Shown piece by piece: positions 10,830 to 19,496 of a DNA stretch of 64,000 bases. How positions within the stretch are numbered: position 1 is the first letter of the stretch; every line of letters starts with the position of its first letter. The translations under genes were made by a program, and so were the position numbers. Under the pieces are notes generated by a model. That model saw nothing but the letters and a program-made list of their open reading frames with translations. It had not been told where the DNA came from and searched no databases. This DNA comes from Vulcanimicrobiota bacterium (GTDB lineage: Bacteria; Vulcanimicrobiota; Vulcanimicrobiia; Vulcanimicrobiales; Vulcanimicrobiaceae). The stretch covers positions 416,001 to 480,000 of the forward strand of contig CAVTCS010000003.1 of the NCBI GenBank assembly GCA_963733295.1. Reading direction: 5' to 3'.

Positions 10830-12866
10830 GTGTTCGTGCTGCCGGCGGAACTCGCGCCGCCGCCGCCGCTCGGTTCGATCGTGGTACAGTCGATGCGCGA
10901 GAGTTTCGTCGCACCGGGCGTCGCGCGTGCGATCTATCGCCTCGAAACCTCGAACGGACCGCTCGTCGTGAACGTCGTCGCGGTCGATTCGCACGATCGC
11001 CGAGTGCGCCTCGGAATCGTGCTCGCGAAGGATCGCTTGATCTCGGGCGGCGAGACCGTTACCTCGATGTCGTTGCGCGGCGACGCCGTCGCGGGAATAA
11101 ACGGTGACTACTTCGACATCGGGAACACGAATCAACCGCTCAACGTGGTCGTGCGGGATGGCCGGCTTCTGCGCACGCCTTCGAAACGATACGCGCTCGA
11201 CGTCGCCAAGGACGGAACCGTCCATTTCGACTCGTTCGCTTTCAGCGGCACGGTGCGCTACGGATCGACCGCGCTGCCGCTGACCACGGTCAACGAGTGG
11301 CCGCCGGAAGGCGGCGTAACCCTGCTGACGCCCGAGTACGGCAGGCTCAAACCTGCCGCGAACGTCGTGCTGCGCGCGCTCGTCCCGCAGTCGAGCGCCA
11401 CCGACAGCGCCATTCTGACGTTCTCGGCTGCGGCATTCGATGCACCGAGCCCGCTCGACGTTCCGGGGCCGCTGCTCGGGTTCGGACCTGCTGCGCTCGC
11501 GCTGGCGGCGCCGCCGCAGCCCGGTGACGTCGTGACGCTGGAAGAGCGCGTCGATCCGCCTCTCGACGGAATCACGACGGCGATCGGCGGAGGTCCGCTG
11601 TTGCTCAAAAGCGGCCTGCCCTTCGAAGATCCGTTTTCGCCGGCACCCGAAGAACGCGATCGCCGCTTTCCGGTCGCGGGCGCCGCGACGACGAGCGAGG
11701 GCGAGTTGCTGCTGGTCTCGGTTGACGGCCGCCAGCCTTCGCTCTCGATCGGCGTGACGCGTCCCGAGTTCGCGGCCTTGCTGCTCGCACTCGGTGCGAC
11801 CGATGCCATGGCCTTCGACAGCGGCGGATCTGCAACGCTCGTCGCGCGGATTCTCGGCGACCCGCACGCCAGCGTTCTCAACTCACCAAGCGACGGCCGC
11901 GAGCGTCCCGTTGCCGACGGCCTCTTCGTCTATAGCGAGGCGCCGGCCGGGTTGAATCCGCAGCTGGTCGTGCGACCGGATCGCGTGATCGCACTACCGG
12001 GCGTTCAAGTGTCGCTGAGCGGGGCGATCGTCGATGACGCAGGTCACTTTATGCGCAGCGCGACGCTCGCACCGCTCGTCGTTCCAACGGATTCGAGCGC
12101 GCGTACGGTAGAAATCACCGAACGCAACAGTGGCTACTCCGCGCCGCTCGACCTTCGCATCGTGACCAGCGTCGCGCGGCTCTCGATTTCGGCGCTGCCC
12201 GCGAACCCGGATCCCGGAGCGCGCGTGGTCTTGCGGGCGACCGCTCTCGCGGACGACGGCGAGCCGGTCGAGGTCGGTAGCGCGGTGCACTGGAGTACCG
12301 ACCGCGGAACCTTCGAGGCGCCGGGAATCTTGCGAGCACCAGGGGCGGACGCGACGATCGTTGCAGCGGCCGGTGGCCGCCGGACGACATTCGCGCTGCG
12401 CGTCGGCAGACACGAGCAGGCGCTCGAAGTCTTCGATCCCGCGATAGGCTGGGTTTTTTCGAGTGCGCCGCGCGACGGGCCGGGCAGCCTGAAGCAATCG
12501 GCCGCCGGCGAAATGGACCTGTCGTACGATTTCACCGCCGGCGAACGAGCCGCGTATGCGAACGCCGTTGCCGCCCTGCCGGGTGAGCCGCTCGCGTTTT
12601 CGGTCGACGTCGCAGGCGATGCCTCCGGCGTCGCCGTGCGGGCAGCGTTCTTGAACCGCTTCGGCGAACGCCAAGCGCTGACGCTCGCGTCCCACGTCGA
12701 TTGGAAAGGCTGGCGCACCTGTACGGTCACACTCCCCGCGGATCTCAACCCGCCCGTGACGTTGTTTTCCCTCTACGCCGTTCCGTCTTTGGGCGGCGTT
12801 CCGGCCCAAACGCGCGGAACGCTCGGTTTTCGCAACGCCTCGGTCGCATTGCCTGGGTCGCGCTAG
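10830..12866 (+). CDS. Phosphodiester glycosidase (NAGPA domain) family protein with C-terminal Ig-like and carbohydrate-binding-like domains
   Basis: AGINGDYFD, IGGGPLLLK, SVDGR, AMAFDSGGS, NSPSDGRERPVADGL; C-terminal LSYDF...VDWKGWR. The start may be GTG 10836 after AGGAG. Confidence 0.85.
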   Translation: MFVLPAELAPPPPLGSIVVQSMRESFVAPGVARAIYRLETSNGPLVVNVVAVDSHDRRVRLGIVLAKDRLISGGETVTSMSLRGDAVAGINGDYFDIGNTNQPLNVVVRDGRLLRTPSKRYALDVAKDGTVHFDSFAFSGTVRYGSTALPLTTVNEWPPEGGVTLLTPEYGRLKPAANVVLRALVPQSSATDSAILTFSAAAFDAPSPLDVPGPLLGFGPAALALAAPPQPGDVVTLEERVDPPLDGITTAIGGGPLLLKSGLPFEDPFSPAPEERDRRFPVAGAATTSEGELLLVSVDGRQPSLSIGVTRPEFAALLLALGATDAMAFDSGGSATLVARILGDPHASVLNSPSDGRERPVADGLFVYSEAPAGLNPQLVVRPDRVIALPGVQVSLSGAIVDDAGHFMRSATLAPLVVPTDSSARTVEITERNSGYSAPLDLRIVTSVARLSISALPANPDPGARVVLRATALADDGEPVEVGSAVHWSTDRGTFEAPGILRAPGADATIVAAAGGRRTTFALRVGRHEQALEVFDPAIGWVFSSAPRDGPGSLKQSAAGEMDLSYDFTAGERAAYANAVAALPGEPLAFSVDVAGDASGVAVRAAFLNRFGERQALTLASHVDWKGWRTCTVTLPADLNPPVTLFSLYAVPSLGGVPAQTRGTLGFRNASVALPGSR

Positions 12867-13594
12867 TCCCGTTTTTCGCCGGCCTGCTATCGTCGGCAAG
12901 CGCCTCGCCGGATACCGTGGATTGGGCCGGCGTTCCGGTCCTGATGTACCATCGCATCGACGCGGAGCTGCCACACGATCGGGTGGGCCGCGATCTCACC
13001 GTTCAGCCAGCCGCCTTTGAGGCGCAGTTGCGCTACCTGCGCGATCGCGGCATCCGGGCGATAACCGCGGCCGAATTGGTCGCGGCGTTGCGCCGCGGCG
13101 AACGCCCCGAGAAGACCGTCGTCTTGACCTTTGACGACGGCTACCAAGATGCGGCGACGAGCGCGTTCCCGCTGCTGCGCAAGTACGGCGCGCGCGCCAC
13201 GTTCTTCGTTTCGGCTGGATTCGTCGGAACGCCCCGTCACGTGACCTGGCGCGAGATGCGCGAGATGCGCGCAGCCGGTATGGAGATTGCCTGTCACGGT
13301 ACGGAGCATCGCGACCTTTCGAGGCTCGACTTCGCCGGGCAGATGTCTGAAGCGGGGCATTGCGTCTCGGCATTCGCGCGCTACATGAGCGGTTGGGAAG
13401 CGCAGACATACGCATATCCGGCCGGCAAGTACGATGCGATCACGCTGCAACTGATGCCCGCGCTCGGCGTCTGGGCGGCATTTACCGAGGGACCGGGAAC
13501 GGTGCGAAGCCTCGTGCGGCCGTACCAGCTGCCGCGCCGGCGCGTGAGGCACGGCGACGGGGTCGCAAGGTTCGCCGCGCTCGCGGAGCCCTAA
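12848..13594 (+). CDS. Polysaccharide deacetylase (CE4), start uncertain
   Basis: VPVLMYHRI, VLTFDDGY, ATFFV, EIACHG.EH, YAYPAG. A hydrophobic signal-like segment begins near 12848 without a clear ATG; alternative GTG at 12917. Confidence 0.82.
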   Translation: MAWVALVPFFAGLLSSASASPDTVDWAGVPVLMYHRIDAELPHDRVGRDLTVQPAAFEAQLRYLRDRGIRAITAAELVAALRRGERPEKTVVLTFDDGYQDAATSAFPLLRKYGARATFFVSAGFVGTPRHVTWREMREMRAAGMEIACHGTEHRDLSRLDFAGQMSEAGHCVSAFARYMSGWEAQTYAYPAGKYDAITLQLMPALGVWAAFTEGPGTVRSLVRPYQLPRRRVRHGDGVARFAALAEP

Positions 13595-13600
13595 CGACAT

Positions 13601-13640
13601 AAAAAAAGACGAACCGTGCGACGTGCACGGTTCGTCTTTA
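13601..13640 (-). terminator. Intrinsic (probably bidirectional) terminator
   Basis: 15-bp stem AAAGACGAACCGTGC / GCACGGTTCGTCTTT. The A7 tract at 13601-13607 gives a U-tail on the minus strand. Lies between convergent genes. Confidence 0.85.
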
Positions 13641-13654
13641 TCCAGGTGCGCCGG

Positions 13655-13876
13655 TTAGGCTTTCTTGCGGCGAGAAGCCTTCTTGCGGCGGACGGCCTTG
13701 CGTACGGCCTTCTTAGCAACTTTGCGGCGGACGGCCTTGCGTACGGCCTTCTTAGCAACTTTGCGGCGGATGGCCTTTTTCGCCACCTTGCGGCGAGCAG
13801 CTTTACGAACGACTTTCTTTATAGCCGCCGATTTGACTGCTTTCTTTCTACGTTTCGCTTTCTTTCTGACTGCCAT
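13655..13876 (-). CDS. Small Lys/Arg/Ala-rich histone H1-like (Hc1/HctB/AlgP-like) putative nucleoid protein, 73 aa
   Basis: MAVRKKAKRRKKAVKSAAIKKVVRKAARRKVAKKA...; no acidic residues. GAAAGGA upstream, own promoter and terminator. Confidence 0.78.
   Translation of the reverse strand: MAVRKKAKRRKKAVKSAAIKKVVRKAARRKVAKKAIRRKVAKKAVRKAVRRKVAKKAVRKAVRRKKASRRKKA
13683..13770. repeat. 39-bp coding tandem repeat (~2.3 copies) encoding VAKKAVRKAVRRK
   Basis: TTGCGGCGGACGGCCTTGCGTACGGCCTTCTTAGCAACT at 13683 and 13722, partial copy at 13761. Confidence 0.9.
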
Positions 13877-13951
13877 TATGTGGTAGTCATCCTTTCTGCG
13901 AACCGCCCGTCTGACGACGGTCGGTCCGACATCGTCAGGGTAGTTAACCCT

Positions 13952-13980
13952 GTTATACAATGTTTGAAGGATTTTTGCAA
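13952..13980 (-). promoter_or_regulatory. Putative sigma70 promoter of the histone-like gene
   Basis: Minus strand TTGCAA-17 nt-TATAAC in an AT-rich patch. Confidence 0.6.
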
Positions 13981-14135
13981 CAACCGCAGAGCGCGGGAGC
14001 AGTTTGCGCCGCATGCGGCCGCGATTTCGCGCACCAACGGATGTGATGCGAACTCGTCAAAGTGTGACGCCGGTTGCGCGGCAGCGGACGCTCTCGCAAT
14101 GCTCTCGGCGCGGTCACGGAGTGCGCCTTCCTTTT

Positions 14136-14170
14136 ATATGTGGCTCATCCGGAATATGTGGCTCATCCGG
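14136..14170. repeat. 17-bp intergenic direct repeat (18-bp period)
   Basis: ATATGTGGCTCATCCGG at 14136-14152 and 14154-14170. Confidence 0.9.
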
Positions 14171-14240
14171 CGATCGAGCCGCGAAGCCCCGCGTGGCGCG
14201 GGTTGCCGGGACTCTACGGCCGCGGCCGGAAGTTCGAGCG

Positions 14241-14987
14241 ATGCGGCTTGCATTCGACGGCGTGGACTTCGAGGTGGCGCACGATGGTGCCGGACCAGCG
14301 ATCGTTTTGCTCCACGACTTCGGTTTGACGAAAGAAGCGTGGGATGCGCAAGCCGCGGCGCTCGCCGGGATCGCTCGCGTCGTTCGCTTCGACCTGCGCG
14401 GTATGGGTCGCTCGGGCGTTCCGCCGGGACCCTACCTGATGGAACGGCTCGCGGGCGACGTCGCCGGCGTTTGCGACGGCCTCGGCGTGGAGCGCGCGGT
14501 CCTGGCCGGTCATGGGCTCGGCGGTTTCGTCGCCTTGGAGTTCTTCCGGATGTTCGCCGAGCGCTGCGAGGGTCTCGCGCTCGTCGCGACGCGCGGCGAC
14601 GCGGATTCGGCGCTCGAGGCGGCGCTGCGTCTCGAGCTCGCGGACCGCGTCGATGCAGAGGGATCGGCGGCGCTCGTCGCCATCGAATCCGACTCGCGCG
14701 CTCGTCGATCTCTCGCGGAAACCGATCCGCACGGCGCGGCCGCGATGCTTCGCGGCATCGCGATGCGCGCGAGCTCCGAGGACCTGTACGCCGAAATTGA
14801 CGTGCCGGTTCGCGTCGCCGCCGGCCTCGACGACGCGAACGTATCGGCCAGCCGGGCAATTGCGGCGGGGATCAGAGGCGCTCGCCTCGACCTCTTCGAG
14901 TGCGGACGGTTCCCGCTGTGGGAATCGCCGGGCGCGCTCACCGGCCTGCTGGAAGAGCTCCTGCGCGTGCGTGAGAAGCGAGCTTAG
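14241..14987 (+). CDS. Alpha/beta-hydrolase fold protein, catalytic residues apparently lost
   Basis: PAIVLLHDFG, FDLRGMGRS. The nucleophile elbow reads GHGLGG (normally GxSxG) and the His position reads CGRFP. Confidence 0.8.
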   Translation: MRLAFDGVDFEVAHDGAGPAIVLLHDFGLTKEAWDAQAAALAGIARVVRFDLRGMGRSGVPPGPYLMERLAGDVAGVCDGLGVERAVLAGHGLGGFVALEFFRMFAERCEGLALVATRGDADSALEAALRLELADRVDAEGSAALVAIESDSRARRSLAETDPHGAAAMLRGIAMRASSEDLYAEIDVPVRVAAGLDDANVSASRAIAAGIRGARLDLFECGRFPLWESPGALTGLLEELLRVREKRA

Positions 14988-14993
14988 ACGACC

Positions 14994-15599
14994 CTAAAGC
15001 TTTCCGAGCCGGTCGAGCGTGTAGTAGATGGAAGCGACGTGCGCGCCGACCTCGATCGTGCCGTCCCGCACGAATCTGCGGAGCTCGGCAAGCGTCGCGA
15101 GCTCCACCGTAATCCGTTCGGTCAGGTCGAGTTCTTGCCGCACGAGCGGCTTGCAATCGCGCGCGAGGAAGAGGTGATAGCGCGTATTGGAACTCGTCGG
15201 ATCGTAGACGAACGAGCCGATGTGTTCGGGCTCCGCCGGGCTTCCGACGTAACCCGTTTCCTCGGCGAGCTCGCGGCGCGCGCATGCGCGCGGTTCCTCG
15301 CCGGGGTCGATCGCGCCGGCCGGAAGCTCCAAGAGATGCTGTCCGATGCCGTGCTTGTATTGACGTACGAGGACGACGCGCTCGTCGTGCGTCATTGCGA
15401 AGACGACGCTGAAACCCCGCGATTCGCGCACGAAGTAGTCGCGAACGAGTTCTCCGCCCGGCAGTTCGATCGTATCGCGGCGAAGACGCAGGTGGCGCGT
15501 CTGGATGACGAACTCGGACTCGACGATCTTCCAGGCCTCGCGCTCACCGTCCACTCGCAGAGGATACTCGCGAGCGGGCAAAGACTCAAGGCCGGGCAT
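14994..15599 (-). CDS. NUDIX hydrolase (ADP-ribose pyrophosphatase-like)
   Basis: Nudix box GAIDPGEEPRACARRELAEETGY; LVRQYKH. The true start may be GTG 15554. Confidence 0.88.
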   Translation of the reverse strand: MPGLESLPAREYPLRVDGEREAWKIVESEFVIQTRHLRLRRDTIELPGGELVRDYFVRESRGFSVVFAMTHDERVVLVRQYKHGIGQHLLELPAGAIDPGEEPRACARRELAEETGYVGSPAEPEHIGSFVYDPTSSNTRYHLFLARDCKPLVRQELDLTERITVELATLAELRRFVRDGTIEVGAHVASIYYTLDRLGKL

Positions 15600-15960
15600 G
15601 GCTAAACTACCCGCAGAAAGCTCGAAGGAGCCTGGAACGATCGAAGCGATACGAATCGGCGTCTACTACCAAACCAGCTACGGCACCCTATGGAAAGACG
15701 GGACATACTTCCCCCGCGGAACGCGCGTGATGGTCGCCGGGCTGCATCTCGAACAGGGGTTCTGCGTCAGGTTTCCGGTCGAGATCGACGGCGAACCGCT
15801 CGAGACTTGGGAGGACTGGGGCGAGTTGGACTTCCTGGCTGAAGACGGAACCGTCAGCGGCTCGCAGGAGCTCTCCGCAGCGGTGCTCGCCGAAGCGCGC
15901 GAGGTCCTCGACGATGCCGAAGACGGCACGCACCTGCATTTGCACGAAACCGAAGACTGA
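15598..15960 (+). CDS. Hypothetical acidic protein
   Basis: Fills the gap with plausible codon usage; its stop abuts the next gene start. Start uncertain. Confidence 0.5.
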   Translation: MAKLPAESSKEPGTIEAIRIGVYYQTSYGTLWKDGTYFPRGTRVMVAGLHLEQGFCVRFPVEIDGEPLETWEDWGELDFLAEDGTVSGSQELSAAVLAEAREVLDDAEDGTHLHLHETED

Positions 15961-17721
15961 GTGTTGCGAATGCCGGGCGCTGTGCTGCTTCGCGCCGCGG
16001 CGAGCGGGTTGCTCTTCGTCGCGCTGGTGGTACCGCTCGGTGCGCAGGAAACCCGCCCGCTCGGGGATCAGCGGCTCGATGCCCTCGCAGCGCAATACTT
16101 CGACGAGCTCTGGAAGCTCGATCCGATTCGCGCGACGGATGCCGGCGTTCACGACTACGATGACAAAATCGGCGACTACTCGGCGCAGGGGTACGCGGAT
16201 CGCATCGCGTTGACACGCCGCTTCCGCACGCAGCTCGCCGCGATCGATCCGGATTCTTTCGGTGCGGAGGGGGCCGACGACGCGGCGATCTTCGCCGCGA
16301 GACTCGACGAGACGCTCCTCAAGCTCCAGAACCGCGAGAACTGGCGCCACCAGCCGGCCTTGTACTCGACCCTCGCGGCGGATGCGGTCTACTCGCTCGT
16401 GGCTCGCAACTTCGCACCCGCCAAAGTCAGGATGCGCGACGTCATCTTGCGCGAGCGCCAGCTTCCGGGATTGTTGGCAGCCGGCAAAGCGAACCTGACG
16501 AGCGTCGATGCGGTCACGGCTGAGATCGCCCGGCGCAACATCTCCGGTGCGATCGACTTCTTCACGACCGTCGTGCCCCTCGCAGTGGCACCCCTCGCCG
16601 ATGCGACCTCGCGCGCGGATTTCAAAACTGCCAACGACGAGACGGTCGCGGCGCTTCGGGATTACCAGCAAGCGCTCGAAGCGGGCCTCTTTGTCCATCC
16701 CAGCGGCACGTTTGCGATCGGACCGAAGCTCTTCGAGCGCATGCTCGCGCTGCAGGAGCTCACGCCCATTTCGCTCGCGACCTACGAGCGGGTCGGCGAG
16801 GAAGCGCTGGCGCGCACGAAAGTCGACTTCCTCGGAACCGCGAAGAAAATCGACGCCACCCGCTCGCCGCAAGAAGTCGCCGAATCGCTCGGAGCCGATC
16901 ACCCCGCGCCCGATGCTCTCCTGCGCACGGCCAGCGACGACATCGAAAAGCTCCGCGCGTTCGTCGTGGCTCACCACATCATCACCCTGCCGAGCGGCAG
17001 CGAAAACATCAAGGTGGTTCCGACCCCCGAATTCGCTCGCGCGACGACCTTCGCGTCGATGAACACGCCCGGTCCGCTCGAAAAGACGGCGACCGAGGCG
17101 TACTACAACATCACGCCGATCGAGGCCGACTGGAGCGCCGCGCGCAAGGAGCAGCACCTCGCGTTCTTCAACGTCTATACGTTCCCGATCGTCACGCTGC
17201 ACGAAGTCATGCCCGGGCACTACGTCAACTTCGCGATCGACCGTACCGAACGGCTATCGCTGATCCGTCGCGTTTTCTCGAGCCCGTCGTTCTCCGAAGG
17301 CTGGGCTCACTATGACGAGCAGATGATGGTCGACGAGGGCTGGGGGAACGGTGATCCGCACGTGCGGCTCGCGCAGCTCCAGGCTGCTCTGCAGCGGGAG
17401 TGCCGCTATCTCGTGGGTCTCCGCGAGCACACCGCCGGGATGAGCCTCGAGGCTGCCACGAAGTTTTTTGAGGACAACGCCTTCATGGCCGAAGAGACGG
17501 CGCGGCGAGAGGCCTTGCGCGGAACGCAGGATCCGTTGTATGGCTATTACACGCTCGGGAAGCTGGAGATCCTCAAGCTGCGCTCCGACTTCCAGAAGAA
17601 GATGGGGAGCAAATATTCGCTCGAACTCTTTCACGACGAGCTTCTCGCCCACGGCGATCCTCCGCTGGCCATCGCTCGAAGGACCATGCTCGGAGCCGAG
17701 GACGACGGTCGACTTCTCTAG
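15961..17721 (+). CDS. DUF885 family secreted protein (metallopeptidase-like)
   Basis: Signal peptide; HEVMPGHY, FSEGWAHYDE, YTLGKLEI, FHDELL. Confidence 0.85.
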   Translation: MLRMPGAVLLRAAASGLLFVALVVPLGAQETRPLGDQRLDALAAQYFDELWKLDPIRATDAGVHDYDDKIGDYSAQGYADRIALTRRFRTQLAAIDPDSFGAEGADDAAIFAARLDETLLKLQNRENWRHQPALYSTLAADAVYSLVARNFAPAKVRMRDVILRERQLPGLLAAGKANLTSVDAVTAEIARRNISGAIDFFTTVVPLAVAPLADATSRADFKTANDETVAALRDYQQALEAGLFVHPSGTFAIGPKLFERMLALQELTPISLATYERVGEEALARTKVDFLGTAKKIDATRSPQEVAESLGADHPAPDALLRTASDDIEKLRAFVVAHHIITLPSGSENIKVVPTPEFARATTFASMNTPGPLEKTATEAYYNITPIEADWSAARKEQHLAFFNVYTFPIVTLHEVMPGHYVNFAIDRTERLSLIRRVFSSPSFSEGWAHYDEQMMVDEGWGNGDPHVRLAQLQAALQRECRYLVGLREHTAGMSLEAATKFFEDNAFMAEETARREALRGTQDPLYGYYTLGKLEILKLRSDFQKKMGSKYSLELFHDELLAHGDPPLAIARRTMLGAEDDGRLL

Positions 17722-17735
17722 ACGAGGAAACAACG

Positions 17736-19388
17736 ATGAAGACGTACGCGCCTAAGCTGGATCCGGCGACCGCGATTTTCGGGACGATGATGGACGTGCC
17801 CCTGACGGTGCGCTGGATCTTCGAGCATACGCTGCGCAATCACGGTTCGCGCGAGGTCGTCTCCCGTCTCGACGACGGCTCGATCTTCCGCTACACGTAC
17901 AGCGATTTCGGCAAGCGCGTCGCCAGGCTCGCGAATGCCCTAGTGGCGCTCGGCATCCGGCCCGGCGACCGGGTTGCGTCGTTCGGCTGGAATACGCACC
18001 GCCATCTCGAGCTCTACTATGCCGTCCCGATGATCGGTGCGGTGCTGCACACGACCAACATTCGGCTTTTCCCCGAGCAAGTCTGCTGGGCGTTCCAACA
18101 TGCCGACGACAAATTGATCTTCGTGGATGCGTCGCTCGCACCGGCCATCGCGCGCGCCACCGTGACGATGCCGCAATTCACCAGACCCTTCGTCGTCATG
18201 GGTTCGGGTGACGCGAGCCTAGCTCAGGCGCTCGACTACGAAACGCTGCTCGAGGCGCAGCCCGAGACGTTCGACTGGCCGGATCTCGACGAGCGTCACG
18301 CGGCCATCTTGTGCTACACCTCGGCGACGACCGGCGATCCGAAGGGCGTGCTGTTCACGCACCGTTCGAGCGTGTTACACGCGTTCGCGGCGGGGTTAGC
18401 CGACGCCGTCAACATCCAACAGCGCGACTGCGTCATGCCGGTCGTTCCGATGTTCCACGTCAACGCGTGGGGCGTCCCGTACCTGGCACCGATGGTGGGT
18501 GCCAAGCTCGTTTTGCCCGGAGCGAAACTCGATCCGCAAAGCTTGATCGAGCTGGTCGAAAGCGAAAAGGTCACGCTTTCGCTCGGGGTGCCCACCGTGT
18601 GGCTCGCGGTGCGCGACGAACTCGAGAAGCGCAACGCTTTTCTGCCGAGCCTCAAATCGCTCGTGATCGGCGGCTCCGCGGTGCCGCCTTCGCTGTTCGA
18701 CGACTTGAACAAGCGCGGGATAACGGTCATGCACGCCTGGGGCATGACCGAGATGAGCCCGATCGGCACGACCTCGCGCCTTCATGCCGAGCTCGAGGAC
18801 GCAGCACCCGAGAAGCAGCGGCAAGTGTTGCTCACGCAAGGCCGCTTCACGCCCCTCGTCGCGTGGAAGCTGCTCGACGAAGAGGGCAACGACGTTCCGC
18901 GCGACGGTAAGACGGCGGGCGCGCTGTGGGTGCGCGGCCCCGGCGTCACGGGCCGCTACTACCGGGTGGACGAGCCGCTGCCCTCATTTAAAGACGGCTG
19001 GTTTCACACCGGCGACGTCTGCACCATCGACGAGCACGGATACTTGCAGCTGGTCGACCGTTCGAAGGACCTCGTGAAGTCCGGCGGCGAGTGGATCTCG
19101 AGCGTCGATCTCGAGAATCTCATCATGGGTCATCCCGCGATTAAAGAAGCCGCCGTCATCGGATTGCCGCATCCTAAATGGGTCGAGCGCCCGGTCGCGG
19201 TCGCAGTTTTACGTGAGGGCAAGACTCTCGACGAAGCGTCCTTGCAGGCTTGGATCGGCGAGCGCGTCGTCAAATGGATGATTCCCGATCGCGTGATTTT
19301 CGTCGACGCGATTCCGCGGACTGGTGTCGGCAAGTTTCTCAAGCGCGACCTCCGGGAACGCTACAAGGACCTCCTGGGAGGCCCCTGA
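17736..19388 (+). CDS. Medium/long-chain fatty acyl-CoA ligase (AlkK/DmdB-like)
   Basis: CYTSATTGDPKG, PMFHVNAWG, AWGMTE, TGD, DRSKDLVKSGGEWISS, PRTGVGK; GAGGA RBS. Confidence 0.92.
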   Translation: MKTYAPKLDPATAIFGTMMDVPLTVRWIFEHTLRNHGSREVVSRLDDGSIFRYTYSDFGKRVARLANALVALGIRPGDRVASFGWNTHRHLELYYAVPMIGAVLHTTNIRLFPEQVCWAFQHADDKLIFVDASLAPAIARATVTMPQFTRPFVVMGSGDASLAQALDYETLLEAQPETFDWPDLDERHAAILCYTSATTGDPKGVLFTHRSSVLHAFAAGLADAVNIQQRDCVMPVVPMFHVNAWGVPYLAPMVGAKLVLPGAKLDPQSLIELVESEKVTLSLGVPTVWLAVRDELEKRNAFLPSLKSLVIGGSAVPPSLFDDLNKRGITVMHAWGMTEMSPIGTTSRLHAELEDAAPEKQRQVLLTQGRFTPLVAWKLLDEEGNDVPRDGKTAGALWVRGPGVTGRYYRVDEPLPSFKDGWFHTGDVCTIDEHGYLQLVDRSKDLVKSGGEWISSVDLENLIMGHPAIKEAAVIGLPHPKWVERPVAVAVLREGKTLDEASLQAWIGERVVKWMIPDRVIFVDAIPRTGVGKFLKRDLRERYKDLLGGP

Positions 19389-19496
19389 CCGGGCAAAGCC
19401 CCTAAATGGCGACGGCCCCGTCCATCGATCGAGGAATACCCAGCCAATGTGGGAAAAGGAGGCCCACCTTTAGCTGCTCGAGAGGATGAGGCAACC

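Noticed and set aside
13683..14170. Possible CRISPR-like repeats (39-bp and 17-bp units)
   Set aside because: The repeats are directly tandem with no unique spacers and no cas genes; the 39-bp unit is coding.
13616..14800. 394-aa + strand ORF with a repeated AADGLAYGLLSNF
   Set aside because: This is the antisense reading of the histone-like repeat plus an off-frame reading of the hydrolase; the promoter, RBS and terminator all favour the minus-strand gene.
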